Origin: Lama guanicoe
Taxonomy: Eukaryota
Assembly (NCBI GenBank): GCA_013239625.1
Contig: MU053304.1
Coordinates: 2,542,001-2,606,000 of the forward strand
Length of the DNA: 64,000 bases
Direction of reading: 5' to 3'
In this document: positions 1 through 12,420 of the stretch, piece by piece
Layout of the letters: the number at the start of each line of letters is the position of its first letter
Position numbering within the stretch: position 1 is the stretch's first letter
The notes under the pieces: model-generated
What the model saw: only the letters and a program-made list of their open reading frames with translations
What the model was told of the DNA's origin: nothing
Databases searched by the model: none
Translations under genes and position numbers: made by a program

Positions 1-2622
1 AGAATACCAAACACTTGGGATGTGGTGTTCTGTGGGTTAAATAAAAACCATAAATATGAACTCACATAAACACACAGACAAACTCAGAATTCTCAGTAAA
101 TGGAGCCTAAGGAAAACCATAATTTATCTCCATGGAGCTTTGTGAGCTATGAACATTTCTTAAGCCTGCAATTCTGAAATTCTTACAGGTATAACTAATT
201 TGGCATTCAGTTTGATTCTGTCTCAGTACACAGTATTTTAACAATTTCCTGGATGCTTGGCTTGTCTGCTTCCAAAATTCTAAGCTAACAATAAAATAAT
301 ATATTCCGTGTTGTCCTTGTTATGATCTCCTCACCTGGAAGAGGAGAGAGATATATACAATAATGGACATTGTGTTTTTGAATTAATTAGATGTGCTCAG
401 AGAATAGAGGTGGTAGATATTAATTCTGCCTGGATTTTCCCAGAGGAGCTACTGAGCTGGACCTGCCAACTAGCCACTAGTGTCCACATTTCCTTTAAGC
501 CAAGCTTTGCCCATCTTTGTTTGCTATGCTCACTACCAGGAAATCTTAATCCTGTTGACATCATCTTTAAAATTTTTCATCTGAGCACCAAAAAAATAAC
601 TGGATCTGGTATCTTTCAAAACAGTTGGTTTCTCCATTAATTTCCTCTTGTTTTGTTTTCCATAGACCACTTCTACTGAGATGCTGGTTTCTCTGTTCAT
701 GATAAGAGTGGCAGACAAGGCTTCTTGAACCTTGGGATAAATGCTGGCCTGACCAGACACGAAGTAGAGAAACAACAGTGTTTCTACCAGGAGACAACAT
801 TAATGCTGCTCGTGTTGACTTTGCTCAAGGTGATCTAAAACATGTCCATGTGAAGAATATGCAGGTCCAGAAATTCCATGGGCCTGGTAACCGATGGCTG
901 CTGAAGTTACTAACAGGCCCATCAACACCAGCCTTTAAGCATCAAATCCGCCATCTTTCTTCTTCTATAAGCATCTTCCATGCTGTGCTCCATACTGCGA
1001 GGAAAAGAGAATAGAGTCAATTCTGGATTATTTGATGTTTCCTAACATGCCTCTTTCCTTTTCCATTAACACTGCTACCACTACCTTCACTTTACTGTCA
1101 AAGTTCCTGAAATAATGATCAAATTACCTTTCCTCAGATGCTTGCTTGCATTGTAGGATTTTAAATTCTAAATTATTCTGCTGTCAATCCATGGAAGTCA
1201 TCAAATTTAATGATCTTTCATAAATCCTCCCTCTTTAGTATTAATCTGTTCTATTTTGCACACTTTGTCCCCTCACAGTCTTCTGTCCCCATATCTGTCT
1301 TCCATGCCCCTAGCACTGCTCCAATTTTGTTCTTTACTCTTTCATTTTTTTGAAAGTTTTTATTCTTCCTTCTGGAACATTTCTCATATTGTGACTTTGG
1401 TATTATCTTTTTAGCTCTCTTTTTACTCTATCCTTGATATCAAATCTGTGGTTTCAACAGCCATGGCCAGTTTGGTTTTAGTCTTATATCTCTCAGCCAC
1501 TGAAGTCCTTTGGTGAAAGGGAGGTTGATGAAAGGAGAGAGAGACATTCTCCAGTCCTGACCTTTTCCTTACATGTCCTGTCATCTGCTGGTGTGTCCCG
1601 ATGATATCTCCAACTCAACTTGACCTTCAGTCCAGTCCATTCCCTTACTCTGTATCATTAATGCCATAGTTTATTAACTTCTCAGCTAATCTGATTTAAA
1701 GCCTTTTATTCATCCATAATTTTTCCTTCTACTTTCAATCAATCATAAAAATCTATAAACTCTGTCTCCACATGGCCATTCAACAAATGACCCAATCTAC
1801 TTTTCCAGCCATCTTTTCTACTGCTTACAGATGAAAGCTAACATTAATCTCATCATACAATAGCAGAGTTCATACATTATTTATTTATTTATTTACTTTT
1901 AAAAGGATGGTGGAGGATGATGTTTCCATCATTCCCAATTACAAAATGTGTTTTGCAAAGATAATTAACATGCCCAATGTCACATTTCTAATAAGTGACA
2001 TGGCCAGGCAGAGGGTCCAGGTCATCGCATGCTGAATATCTTGCTTTGTACAATTTAAAATGATATTCTTCCAGACGTTTTCCAAGCTACAGTCTTGCTC
2101 CTCAGTATGCCCTTACAAATATTCTGACAAATATACTCCCCTGTAAAAGGAAATGCAGCCTCTTCTGGAATCAGTCCCACACTCAATCATTTCTATGCAA
2201 AATGTTCTCCTCTCCAAGTCCCAAGTGAATTCACAACTGCTCTGGGTAGCCCTTTCTCACCGGAAGAACCACTTCCTGTTGAATATCTATGGCTCTGTGT
2301 TTACATTGCTTTCCAGCACATAAGACACAAGACACGTGTCAGAGTTATTTGAGTGCTTAAGCCCATTGCTCTTTAGCGTTCAAGTTCAGATCTTGTATCT
2401 CTTCATTTCCCACAGAAAAGAAATGCCTGTTGCAGAGATTTGACCACAGCAGGCCCATAGTAAATCTTTGCAGAGTGAATCCTTTTTGATGGGCTTTTGA
2501 GTTTCTTATTTAAATAGTTTGAAAGTTAAAAATGTATTATAAAATATTTTAGATGTGCAAGAGATACACAATGATATAGTGCATATCCTTCAACGTACTA
2601 TCCAGCTTAGAAAATAAACATT

Positions 2623-2908
2623 CTTTTTTTTAAATTGAAATACTGTCAGTTACAATGTGTCAATTTCTGGTGTACAGCATAATGTCCCAATCATGCATAT
2701 ACATACATGTATTTGTTTTCATATTTTTTCATTAAAGATCATTATAAGGTACTGAACTTAATTCCCTGTGCTATATGGCAGAAAATTTTTTTAAAAATCT
2801 AATTTTATATATAGTGGCTAACATTTATAAATCTCAGACTCCCAAATTTATCCTTTCCCACCCTATTTCCCCCGGTAACCATAAGATTGTTTACTATGTC
2901 TGCAAGTC
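2623..2908 (-). mobile_element. 5'-truncated L1 3' end (cetartiodactyl/camelid type) with perfect 14-bp TSD, nested in an older L1 remnant
   Basis: Poly-T at the left end, L1 3'UTR motifs (ttccctgtgctata, ggtaaccataag), and TSD agaaaataaacatt at 2609-2622 and 2909-2922. Confidence 0.9.
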
Positions 2909-3939
2909 AGAAAATAAACATTACTGATCAATGTTTCCTGTGCATTCCCTACCCATCCTTCTACTCTCCTGTTCTGAATCTGATGTGTCTCCATCTCAGT
3001 TATTCAGTTTTCACTTTTCTTACTCATTTACAATTCATCGTACATCACAAATACACTCCCTGCTAAAAGTGAATTTACAAGGAAGCAGAAGAAATGGGTG
3101 CGCATTCCCTTAAGGCTCAGTGACTCTTAGATCTGCAGTTGAATTTCTCTCCAGACAGGCGGGACTAATATTCAGTTAAAGCATAAGCTTAATATTTATT
3201 TTTAGTCTAGAAAAACATATATGGTCAGCATCTCAGTTCCCTAGGGGAAAAACAGGAAAGTTTCTGTGGCACCAGCTGTTTTACTGTGACTGAGAAGTCT
3301 CCCTTAGTTACATCTCTTTGTTCTGTTTCTCACTAAATATTTTTATCCAGCGATGAAGTATCTGTTATAATTTCCTCTTCTATGAGAAATTAGACATGCT
3401 ACATAAAAGAACTTTTTAAAACTTTTTCTTTCGCTTTATACTTTCAGGATTTTCTTAAAGTATGAGGGCATTTTCCATGAAATTTAAGGCACTACGTACC
3501 AAATTAATTATCATAATATTAAGAGATTTTGTGGCTTATATGATATAATATAATATGAAACATTCTGGATCTTGATGTTTTGTTTAATGTATTTTTATGT
3601 ATTTCTTTCTTTCTTAAAATATTTATGCTCATTTTAAAGAAATACTTTAAGTAATAATAATAAGTTAATTATCCATGAAACTATCACTCAATTTAAGAAC
3701 TATTTTCTTACTAATTTAATATATCAACCAGTGTCCAATTGATTGTCTTTTCATAGTACTGAAAACTCTACCCCTTCTTTGTATTCCCTTTGAAATTATT
3801 CCAGTTCAACCTCTTCTGTCTTACTTATCATGATTATTGTCATATCTTAATATCTGGTTCCAATTTTGTGCTACTCAAAAATGTAGAGACATCAAAGAAT
3901 CCAAAAGACAGAGATTAAAACATCAGTTGTTACAAGGAG

Positions 3940-6900
3940 TTTGTTTTTAATATGACCAAGTAAGTTCTTATCAGACTAACCCTACCACAGATAACAAGCA
4001 CAAACTCTGGAGAAAATATAAAAATAAAGCTACCCAAAGGCACTAGAAGAAGTAGGAAAATTCCAGAGTCAATATTTAAAAGAAGAAAACTTCATGAGGT
4101 ACATTTCCCATTGTACAGCTTTACTGTTAGCATGGAGGCAGGCTACAATCAGTGACATATAGAATGAAAAGCTTTTCTAAATAAGCATCAAAATTTTTGA
4201 TCCGAAAAAACAGAGGGTAGAGTTCAAGGCAACAATAGATACTGGAAAGTGAAGTAGGGGCATCAGTACAGAGCAAGCTAGAGAGAAGCCTCAGATTTGG
4301 TTTACAAACTAGCAAACTTTGTGGGTGAACTCCTAATTGTGCATACATGAAGACTCAATGTAGCCTAGCTCAGGATAAAAGAACTAAACTCAGATTTGAA
4401 CCGCTACTTAACTAATGTCACATAATTTGCATTTGGACTCAACAAAGTGAATTTCCTGCTAAAACAAATGAAACAAGAATCAACACTTTTGAAGAGGATC
4501 ATAATAGAACTCAATTCTTAGATATAATCTAAAATTATTTGACATACTAAGAACCAAAAAAAAAAAAAAAAAAAAACAAGCCATTCTCAAGGAAAAAAAC
4601 AATGGACAGAAACAACTCCAGGCTAATCCAGATAGTAATGAGCATTCAAATGGTTTATAGCAGCTGTTGAAATTGTGCTCAATGAGCTAAAAGGAAAATA
4701 GGGCTACAATGAATAAAAGGAAAAAAATCAGTAGAGAAACAAAACTATAAAAAAAGGAAAATTCTAGAACTGAAAAATAATTTAGCAGTCATTAGAACCT
4801 CATAGGATAGGCTTATTAGCAGAATGGAATCAAAAGAAGAAAGATGAAGTGAACCAGAAGTTAAGTTAATAGAAGTGACTGAATCTCAAAGATGACAGAG
4901 AAAAAAGATTGGAAAGAAGGAAGGAAGAGAGAGAGAAAGGAAGGAAAGTGTGAATATTATAAAGGAAGAAGTAAAATGTTCTCTGTACACAGATGACTTA
5001 ATGAGCTATGGGTAAAATCCTAAGGCAGCTATAAAGTAACTTCAGAAACTAATAAAGGAATTTACCATGGTTGTGTGATACGAAGTTAATATACAAAAAT
5101 CAATTCTACTTTTGTATGCTAGCAATAAACAAATGGAAGATAAAATAACCAGCTATTGTATAATAGCATCTAAGCTTAAAGTTCTTAAGTTTATATTTAA
5201 CCAAGGGTACACAAAACTTCTACACTGAAAACTAAAATAAAATTCTAAGAGAAATTCACCTACATAAATGCAAAGAGAAACCATCTTCATGGGTTGGAAA
5301 ACTTGATACTGTTGTCATTTTTTTTCCTAAACTGATGTATTGGGTCAACACAATTTGAACCGTTATTTCAGTGGGTAACATTTTTGGTAGAAGTAGACAT
5401 GCAAATTCCAAAATTTTTTATGGAAGGGCAAAGGACATAGATATCCCAAACAATTTTGAAAAAAATTCAAACGTTTACACTAATATTTAATATTTTAAGT
5501 TATAGTAATCAAGAGAATGTGAAACAAGTAAGACACATTGATCAATAGGATAGTATAAAGAGGCCAGAAACAGAACCACACTTATAAAGTCATTTGGTTT
5601 TCAATAAAAATGCCAAGGGAATCCAAAGAAGAAAGAAAAGCCTTTTAAACAAGTAATGCTAGAATAATGGTATATCCATGTTAAAAAAAGTGAACTTTGA
5701 CTTCCTGCTTTCTACCACACACAAAAGTAATCAGAGATGAAATATTGATCTAAATGTAAAATCTAAGACTACAAAGTTTTTAAGAAAAAACATAGTTGAA
5801 AATCTTTGTGACGTCAGGATAGGCAAATAGTCCTTAGATCACAAAAAACAAAAGAAACTTAGTAAGTTAAGCTTCATTAAAAGAAAAAAGTTTTTATGAA
5901 AGACACCATTAAGAAAATAAATAGGAAAGCCACAGCCTTAGAGAGAATATTCACAAAGCATATCTGGTGAAGTACTGTATCCAGGCTATAAAACGTTTAC
6001 AACTTAGTAACAAAAATAACTTAGTAACTTAGTAAACAAGCAGCCCCATAAATCTAGGGCAAAGTTTGAACAGACAATCACAAAAGAAGGTATACAGATG
6101 GCCAATAAATCCATCTAAAGAGTTCAACACAATTAATCATTAGATACATTCAAATTTAAACCACAATGGATAACCCTACATAGTCAACAGAATAGCTAAA
6201 AATACAAAAATGGATAATGTTCACTGTTGCTGAGGATGTGGAGCAACTGGAATTTTAATATATTTTTGGTGGGAGAATAAAATGGCATAATAGTCTGGAT
6301 AAGAATTGGGCATTTTCTCATAAAAACAAGCACACACTGACTCAGCAATTCTAATCCCATGCAGTTCCTCGAAAGAAGTGAACGTCCACCAGACGACTGT
6401 CACAAGAAGGGTCACGGTATGTTTATCCTAATAACCCTGACTTGGAAACAGCCTAGGTGTCCATCAATAGGGGAAGAGGTAGACTAGAGTATATCCATAC
6501 AATGGAATACTCCTCCATCTTAAAAAAAAGAGAACAAACTACTAATATATGGAACAAATATGTAAGTCTCAAAAACATTATGCTGAGTGAAAGAACTTTT
6601 ACCCCAAAGAGCCCATACTATGTGTATGATTCCATTTATAGAAAGTTCCAGAACAATCAAAATTAACCTATGGTGGTGGAAAAAAAAATCAGAAAAGAAG
6701 TCGCTTTGGGCAAAGGGATAAGAATTTACTGGGAAGTGGCATGAGATAGCTTTCTGGGGTGACGGTAATGTCCTACAACTTGACTGGTCAAAACTCAACA
6801 AATGTATATTTAAAATGTGGGGATTTCATGGAATGTTTACTTTACATCAAAATAAAAAGAAACTGTAATTGCATGTACTCTGGAAAGAACTTAGGGGAAA

Positions 6901-7262
6901 GTTTAGTGTTACATTTTGAGGCATGACATTTCTGTGCTTCAGAAAATATGATGGCTCAGTCAGTGGACAGAGATGGAGAAATGGATAGTTACGTGTTAAA
7001 ATATGCTTAGTAAAATCTTGATGGTATATGGCTATCCACTAGAAAGTATTTTATTTTTGTTTTTATTTTTTGAGGGGAAGGTAATTAGACTTTTTTATTT
7101 ACCTATTTTACATATTTTTTAAATGAAGTTACTAGGGGTTGAACCCAGGACCTTGTGCATGCTAAGCATGCACTCTACCGCTGACCTATACTCTACCCCT
7201 CACTAGAAAATATTTTTAACTTGGCTGTGTTTGAAATTTTTTCATAAGAAAATGTTGAACAA
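3940..7262 (+). mobile_element. Old, decayed, internally deleted LINE-1 (L1M/L1MC4-like): 5'/ORF1 remnant, ORF2 RT/C-terminal remnant and 3'UTR
   Basis: gaagaagtaaaatgttctctgtacacagatgac at ~4965 corresponds to the EVKLSLFADD RT motif; catacaatggaatactcc at ~6496 (HTMEY); L1MC-type 3' end ending ...aaaatgttg at ~7257. Many stops and frameshifts. Confidence 0.85.
7053..7200 (-). mobile_element. Vic-1-type camelid tRNA-derived SINE
   Basis: Reverse complement reads ggggtagagtataggtcagcggtagagtgcatgcttagcatgcacaaggtcctgggttcaacccctagt (A/B boxes), then ctaattacc and an A-rich tail. 16-bp TSD cactagaaa(g/a)tatttt at 7037-7052 and 7201-7216. Confidence 0.9.
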
Positions 7263-7339
7263 AGGCATAAAATACAAATACAATTAAAAATGAGAAAGAT
7301 AACCAAAATGTAAAATTAAGAATTAGAATAATGATCATT

Positions 7340-7425
7340 TCCCAATATGCACAAATATTGAATCTTTATATTGCACAGCTGAAGCTCATATAATGTTATA
7401 TGTCAATTATATCACAATTAAAAAG
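7340..7425 (+). mobile_element. Short L1 3' tip
   Basis: tataatgttatatgtcaattatatcacaattaaaaa matches the L1MA-type 3' terminus. Confidence 0.7.
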
Positions 7426-8287
7426 AGAATAATAAATCAGCTGATGAAGATGTTAGGCAGCAAGACTTCAGTGTGTTTGCCAAAGGGACTGGCAATAGTA
7501 AATCTACATTTAGGCGCTATGTCAACCAGTCTATGTTCCCAGGACCGCCAGGGGCTCCTGCCTGGGCAGAGTTTACTGTAAGGCTGGGAGACAGCCAGGC
7601 GTTTCCTAAGTAAAATGAGGCTGTAGGTTTGAGCTGTATGTTCACTATTTTTAAACTTGAATTCAGATATTCCCCCTTCCCCAGGGGTGAAGTGAAGGGG
7701 TGAAAAGAAGTGAAGAGATTGCTCAAAATAATCTTTCTCTTTATCAATAGAAAATAATGGAGGAACAGGGTTTCAAAAAAACACTGAAGGCTTCAGGTCA
7801 CTGAAGGGGCGCTTGCCTTCTTAGGAAAACCAGAGCTTTAATGACTGACTTCATGCTGTATTTGTTCCTAGGTGGTATGTGCCCACCCCAAATTAATCAT
7901 TAATTTTCAACAGATGGCAGGAAATCTTGAATAAAATGAAGTCGGCACTTAGACAAAATTGCATTTAAATTCAAGGAGTCAGTGAATGGATGCTGCATGG
8001 GTTGAGAAGACATGAGAGTAAATTCCTGGTAACAGAAGAATTATCCCCAGCTTTAGCCTTCAGGGATGCTTATCACCAGGTGGCAGAAGGTGTGAGAGGA
8101 TCCAAGAGCAAGGAGAACAAGACAGCTGAATATCAAACTAGAAAAGGTAGGAGAGGTTTGGAACAAAGGTGAAGAGAGATCAGTAGAGGAGGAGCAGAGC
8201 AGAACACTGCTGGACTGTGTCTCAGTCCTCGGTTACTGGCAGTGAGTGTGCACCGGGGAGGATGGAGTTCAGAAAGGTGACTGGTCG

Positions 8288-8627
8288 AGTCTTAGTTCCT
8301 TTGGGCTGTGTCACAATATACCACAGACTGGGAAGCTTGTAAGCAACAGAAATGTAATTCTCACAGCTCTGGAGGCAGGAAGTCCAAGAGCAAGCTGCCA
8401 GCATGGTCATAGTCAGGTGAGGGCCCTCTTTCCTCTTCTCACACGGTGGGAGGGGCTAGGGTCTCTTTGGAGCGCTTGTTTTTTAAAAACCAAGTTCCAA
8501 TGCCATCCATAAGGGCTCTCTGCTCAGGACTTAAGCAACTCCCCAAAGCCCCACCTCCTGACACCTAACCTTTGGGGATTAAGATTTCAGCACAGGAATT
8601 TTGGAGGGGCACATTCAGACCACAGCA
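8288..8627 (-). mobile_element. MaLR solo LTR (MLT1A-like)
   Basis: gtcttagtt...ataccacagactggg...ctcacagctctggaggc...acattcagaccacagca is the reverse complement of the MLT1A pattern. Confidence 0.85.
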
Positions 8628-9500
8628 AATAGACAAGACGTGGGGGGGGCAGAGGATGATTACCTAGGAGTTTTGCCTCAAAAAGAGGAAGGTTAGGCTA
8701 ATCTCCCACACCCCTCATCCTATCACCCAATGGCCTCCTAAGGAAAAGGAAGAGAACACAGCTTTTACAAGGGAAGTAGTCCCCTGTCACCAGGAAGCAG
8801 TGTCCTATTGATAAATGTCTCACTGAGGTCACTGTGTAGTATGCGGCCCACCCAAAGCAATCCTTCTGTGAGTGGAAATCCCAGGGCCTCACATGGGTCT
8901 CACTAGACTGCACGTGTCCTGAAAGAGGGGAGACACGTCCTTCACTGTCTCAGCAAGTTGCATTCAAAGGGAGAGCAGCCTACGCCTGACCTCTGTTTGC
9001 TGTAGCTGCCAAAACATATTTCAGCTTCTAAAGGAGGGAGTCGGCTGCATTAGAAGTGGATCCCTTTCTTGGAAAATGTTGGAAAATGACATCCCGGCAC
9101 AGCCTGCAGCCAAGATACGCTGGCCAAGAAAGGGACTGTGAGGAGCAGAGGGACCGACCGCCCCCTGGGTCCTGTGTGAAGCAGGAGGGTCTCAGCAGTC
9201 AAGCAGTTAACCTGAGTCTGCCTGGGGGTTTGGGATCAGCACGATGGTGCCTATGCAGTTAAAGTGTAGACCTTCAGGCTGAGACAGACCTATACGTGTA
9301 CATGCTTCGGGGGCAGGGGGAAAGTCTACGTTAATAAAGAACAAAAATGTAGCCAAAGATGAATTCTTGGAAAACTGAATTCAACAAGCCCTTATTGGAA
9401 GGTCACACAGACAATTCTGTGTGTGGTAAGGAAGACTTGGCCCTGCGTTCTAGTTACTTATTTAATCATGATGTCAGAGCCCCAGCATGGGTCTCGCCCT

Positions 9501-9986
9501 GGTTGACTGAAAAAAGAATACACAACCTAAAAGTTGAGAATTACGTTTTAGTCGGTGGAGTTTCTGAGGACTTCAAGCCTGGGAGGCAGCCTCTCAGACT
9601 GCTCTGAAGAGGCAGGGGAGGGGCCAGGATATATACGTTTTTGCAACAAAGACCAGGTAGTTGGAACATCGAAAGATTACCGTTAATTAAAGAAGATCAG
9701 ATATCTCAAGTTAAGGAATTTAATGCTTTTTTGTATATGGGAAGAAGCAAAAGTCTGAGGTCATTGAAACTGTTCCTTTTATCTGCACCTTAGCCATCTA
9801 GGGCCAGTGTCCTGTTCTTCCCCATCCTGAGTCCCCCGCAGGGGCACCTTTGGGGGTGGTGGCAGAAGCCAGGCTCCATTCTGAGTTCCCTCCGGCTCAC
9901 CGTCGGGCCGGCCGTAGTGGCTGATGGCTGATGGCTGATGGCTGATGGTTGTAGCATCCTTTGGCAGGCAGTATTTTTCATTCACA
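9501..9986 (-). mobile_element. ERV1-class solo LTR resembling the cetartiodactyl MER41-like family
   Basis: gttgactgaaaaaag...cacaacctaaaagttgagaattac...gggaggggccaggatatata...atctagggccagt...ttcaca closely follows my recollection of the artiodactyl MER41-like LTR. Contains (tggctga)x4 at 9918-9945. Confidence 0.75.
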
Positions 9987-10039
9987 CTCTCTTCAGTTAA
10001 ATACTTGTTTTAACTAATTGTGCAGCTAATACCTGAGAC

Positions 10040-10300
10040 AGCAAGTGGACTCAGAGGCAGAGTTAGGAGGAGAAATACCTTGGAGAGAAAAGGAACGGAG
10101 CAGGATTGGGCAAAGGGAGCCATCCCACCTGGATGAGGACTGACACAGTGGGCACCCCAGGGCCATGTTTGCCCATGAGACCTGACCTGCCTTGGGTCGA
10201 AACGGTTGGGATCTTGCTCAATCAGTGTCTGGAGGGTGCCCTGAGCACAAACTGGGGTGGACCCTGAATAAAAACTGGAAGAAAGTTGTCAGCTGACCAC
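10040..10300 (-). mobile_element. ERVL LTR fragment (LTR16/LTR33-like)
   Basis: gagcaggattgggcaaagggagccatc signature. Confidence 0.5.
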
Positions 10301-10305
10301 ACTTA

Positions 10306-10321
10306 TCACTAGGTGGCACTG
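10306..10321 (+). promoter_or_regulatory. CTCF-like motif
   Basis: tcactaggtggcactg versus core CCASYAGRKGGCRS. Confidence 0.45.
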
Positions 10322-12009
10322 CCGAAAGGGGTCTGACGGGGGCACATCTCCTTCCATGCATAGTCCCAGAACACAAGTAAGGACCATCTGCATTGGCTCC
10401 TGCAGAGCCTGGAGAGAGAGAGCAGGCTGCCGTAGGGCTCTTCAGCTGTTCACCTGAGGGACCAAAGAAGACTCTGACTGGTCGCCAGGAATCAGAAGTG
10501 AACATGAAGTAGAAGAGTCTGGAAGATCATCACAGTCAGAGCACTGCTTTGCCACCACAGAGAAAGCTAATGTGCCTAAAGGTGGTCACCGAGAATCCCC
10601 CGGTTGGAGGAGGAAGGGACAGACTAATTCTTCACCCTGAGTGTAGCCGGGCTCTGTGGATTCAGGGATAGGGGCTTCTGGTTACAAAACGTGAAGGTCT
10701 GACTAGTCCACCTGTGAGGGATCTGCTCGGTGCCTCTTCTCAGTAGACACAATGTTGCCTCTGGAATGTGCAGAGTTCTGATAACTCTGGGGAAGTCAGG
10801 GATGCCAGCCACAGCACCAAAAGGGCCCCCATACTTCTCCTCAGGTAAGAGTCCCCGGGATGCTCAGAACTGGGAAAACTTGGGGCCAGGATGGATGGAA
10901 TCAGTTGTGGAAACTCAAAGAAGCATCACTCCCCATGGAAAATACATTATCTAGAAGTATTGAATGTCCAATGATTATTTGCCTTTTGTTATCTCTTATG
11001 TTTAAATAAATTCTTATTGCCATGATTATTCATAATAAAAAAATCAGTAAAAAATTATTAGTGATTATTAGTAAATAAGAACTCAAGGTCAAAACAATAC
11101 TTCTGTTATTGATCTAAAATATTCAACAGTATTTAAGAAGATGAATAGCATCACTTTGAAATGTAATCTCTAAAGGTGGGACTGATGGAAATTCTCAAAG
11201 GAGTGTTTTGAGTTGAAAGAGCTAAAACATTATAATTATATATCATCATTTTTATTCCACAACAGGTGGGCAAATTCTTACCCTTTATATTTATTTTTAG
11301 AATCATTAGGAAAGAGAAATAGGTCTTAAATATCATGCCTGTTCTATTGACTTTGGAAAATGACCATCAAAAAACTTACCTGGGTTCCAAACGACATGGG
11401 GACTTTCTGAGAGGTAAACGTTTTTCTATTTCACACCCTTCAAGAGAATTTCGTATCCTGATGAGGGAGCCTTGTTCTCAGAAACAGCTTCTACTTTGGG
11501 TCATTGTAAGATCTGCTCCCTTCTCCTACTTCTGTATCGTTTTCATCCTTTTCTTCCTGTTTCTCGTCTACTTCCGGTCTGTTTCCTTCTCCGTCCTTGA
11601 TTGCCTTCTGTATACAGCATGTGGAAGGGTTAATCCTCAAGGAGGACTTGGAATGAAGTCATAGAATCCTCCCTCTAGTGATGAAGAGACTGAGGCTCAG
11701 CAAGTCAGAGAGGTGTGCCCGTATCTCTTCCCCCGTATTGTCCACATTGCCACCCTCTGCTCTATTTGCCTTTCTCATTTATCTCTATTTATAAAACGTA
11801 GAACTACTAAGTACACTATAAAATCTCACCCTGCCGACTTATTTAAATATTTTCTGACGTAGCTTTCTTTAAAACTGCTGACGGACATTAGTGACATGAC
11901 TAGTGATGGTGAAAAAAATCGAAATTGAAGGAAGATGAATTCAAAGAACAGAAGATAAATTGGTCTGAAAGAAAGGATGTATCCTTGAGGTAATTAAAAG
12001 CTGGGTACA

Positions 12010-12420
12010 CGCATATCGCTAAAGGGAAGAAACCATTCTAGAAAGGTTACGTGGTGTATGACGCCAACTCTATGACATTCTGGAAAGCGAAAAACTATAA
12101 AGACAGTACAAATGGCAGGTGGTTGCCAGGGGTTGAGGGCAGGAAGATGAACTGGTGGAACATGGGATTTTAGAGCAGTGAATACATGACATTTTGCATT
12201 TGACAAAACCCACAAAATTGTACAATACAAAGAGTGAGCTCTAATGCAAATTATTATGGACTTCAGTTAATAATAATGTACCAATATGGGTTCATCAACT
12301 GTGACAAGTGGACCTCACCAATGCAAGATGCTAATAATTTGGAGGGTTGAAAGGGAACTCTGTACTTTCTGATCAATTTTTCCGTAAACCTAAAAATACT
12401 CTAGACAATTTTTTAAAAAA
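12010..12420 (+). mobile_element. L1MC-type 3' end fragment
   Basis: tatgacattctggaaag...ggttgccaggggtt...aaaacccacaaaattgtacaa...gggaactctgtactttctg...ccgtaaacctaaaa. Confidence 0.85.

Noticed and set aside
410..1014. Overlapping short ORFs as a specific pseudogene
   Set aside because: Only fleeting few-residue similarities (e.g. VFLPxD) were seen, so no parent can be supported.
7125..7200. tRNA-like sequence
   Set aside because: It is the head of a SINE with an A-rich tail and TSD, not a tRNA gene.
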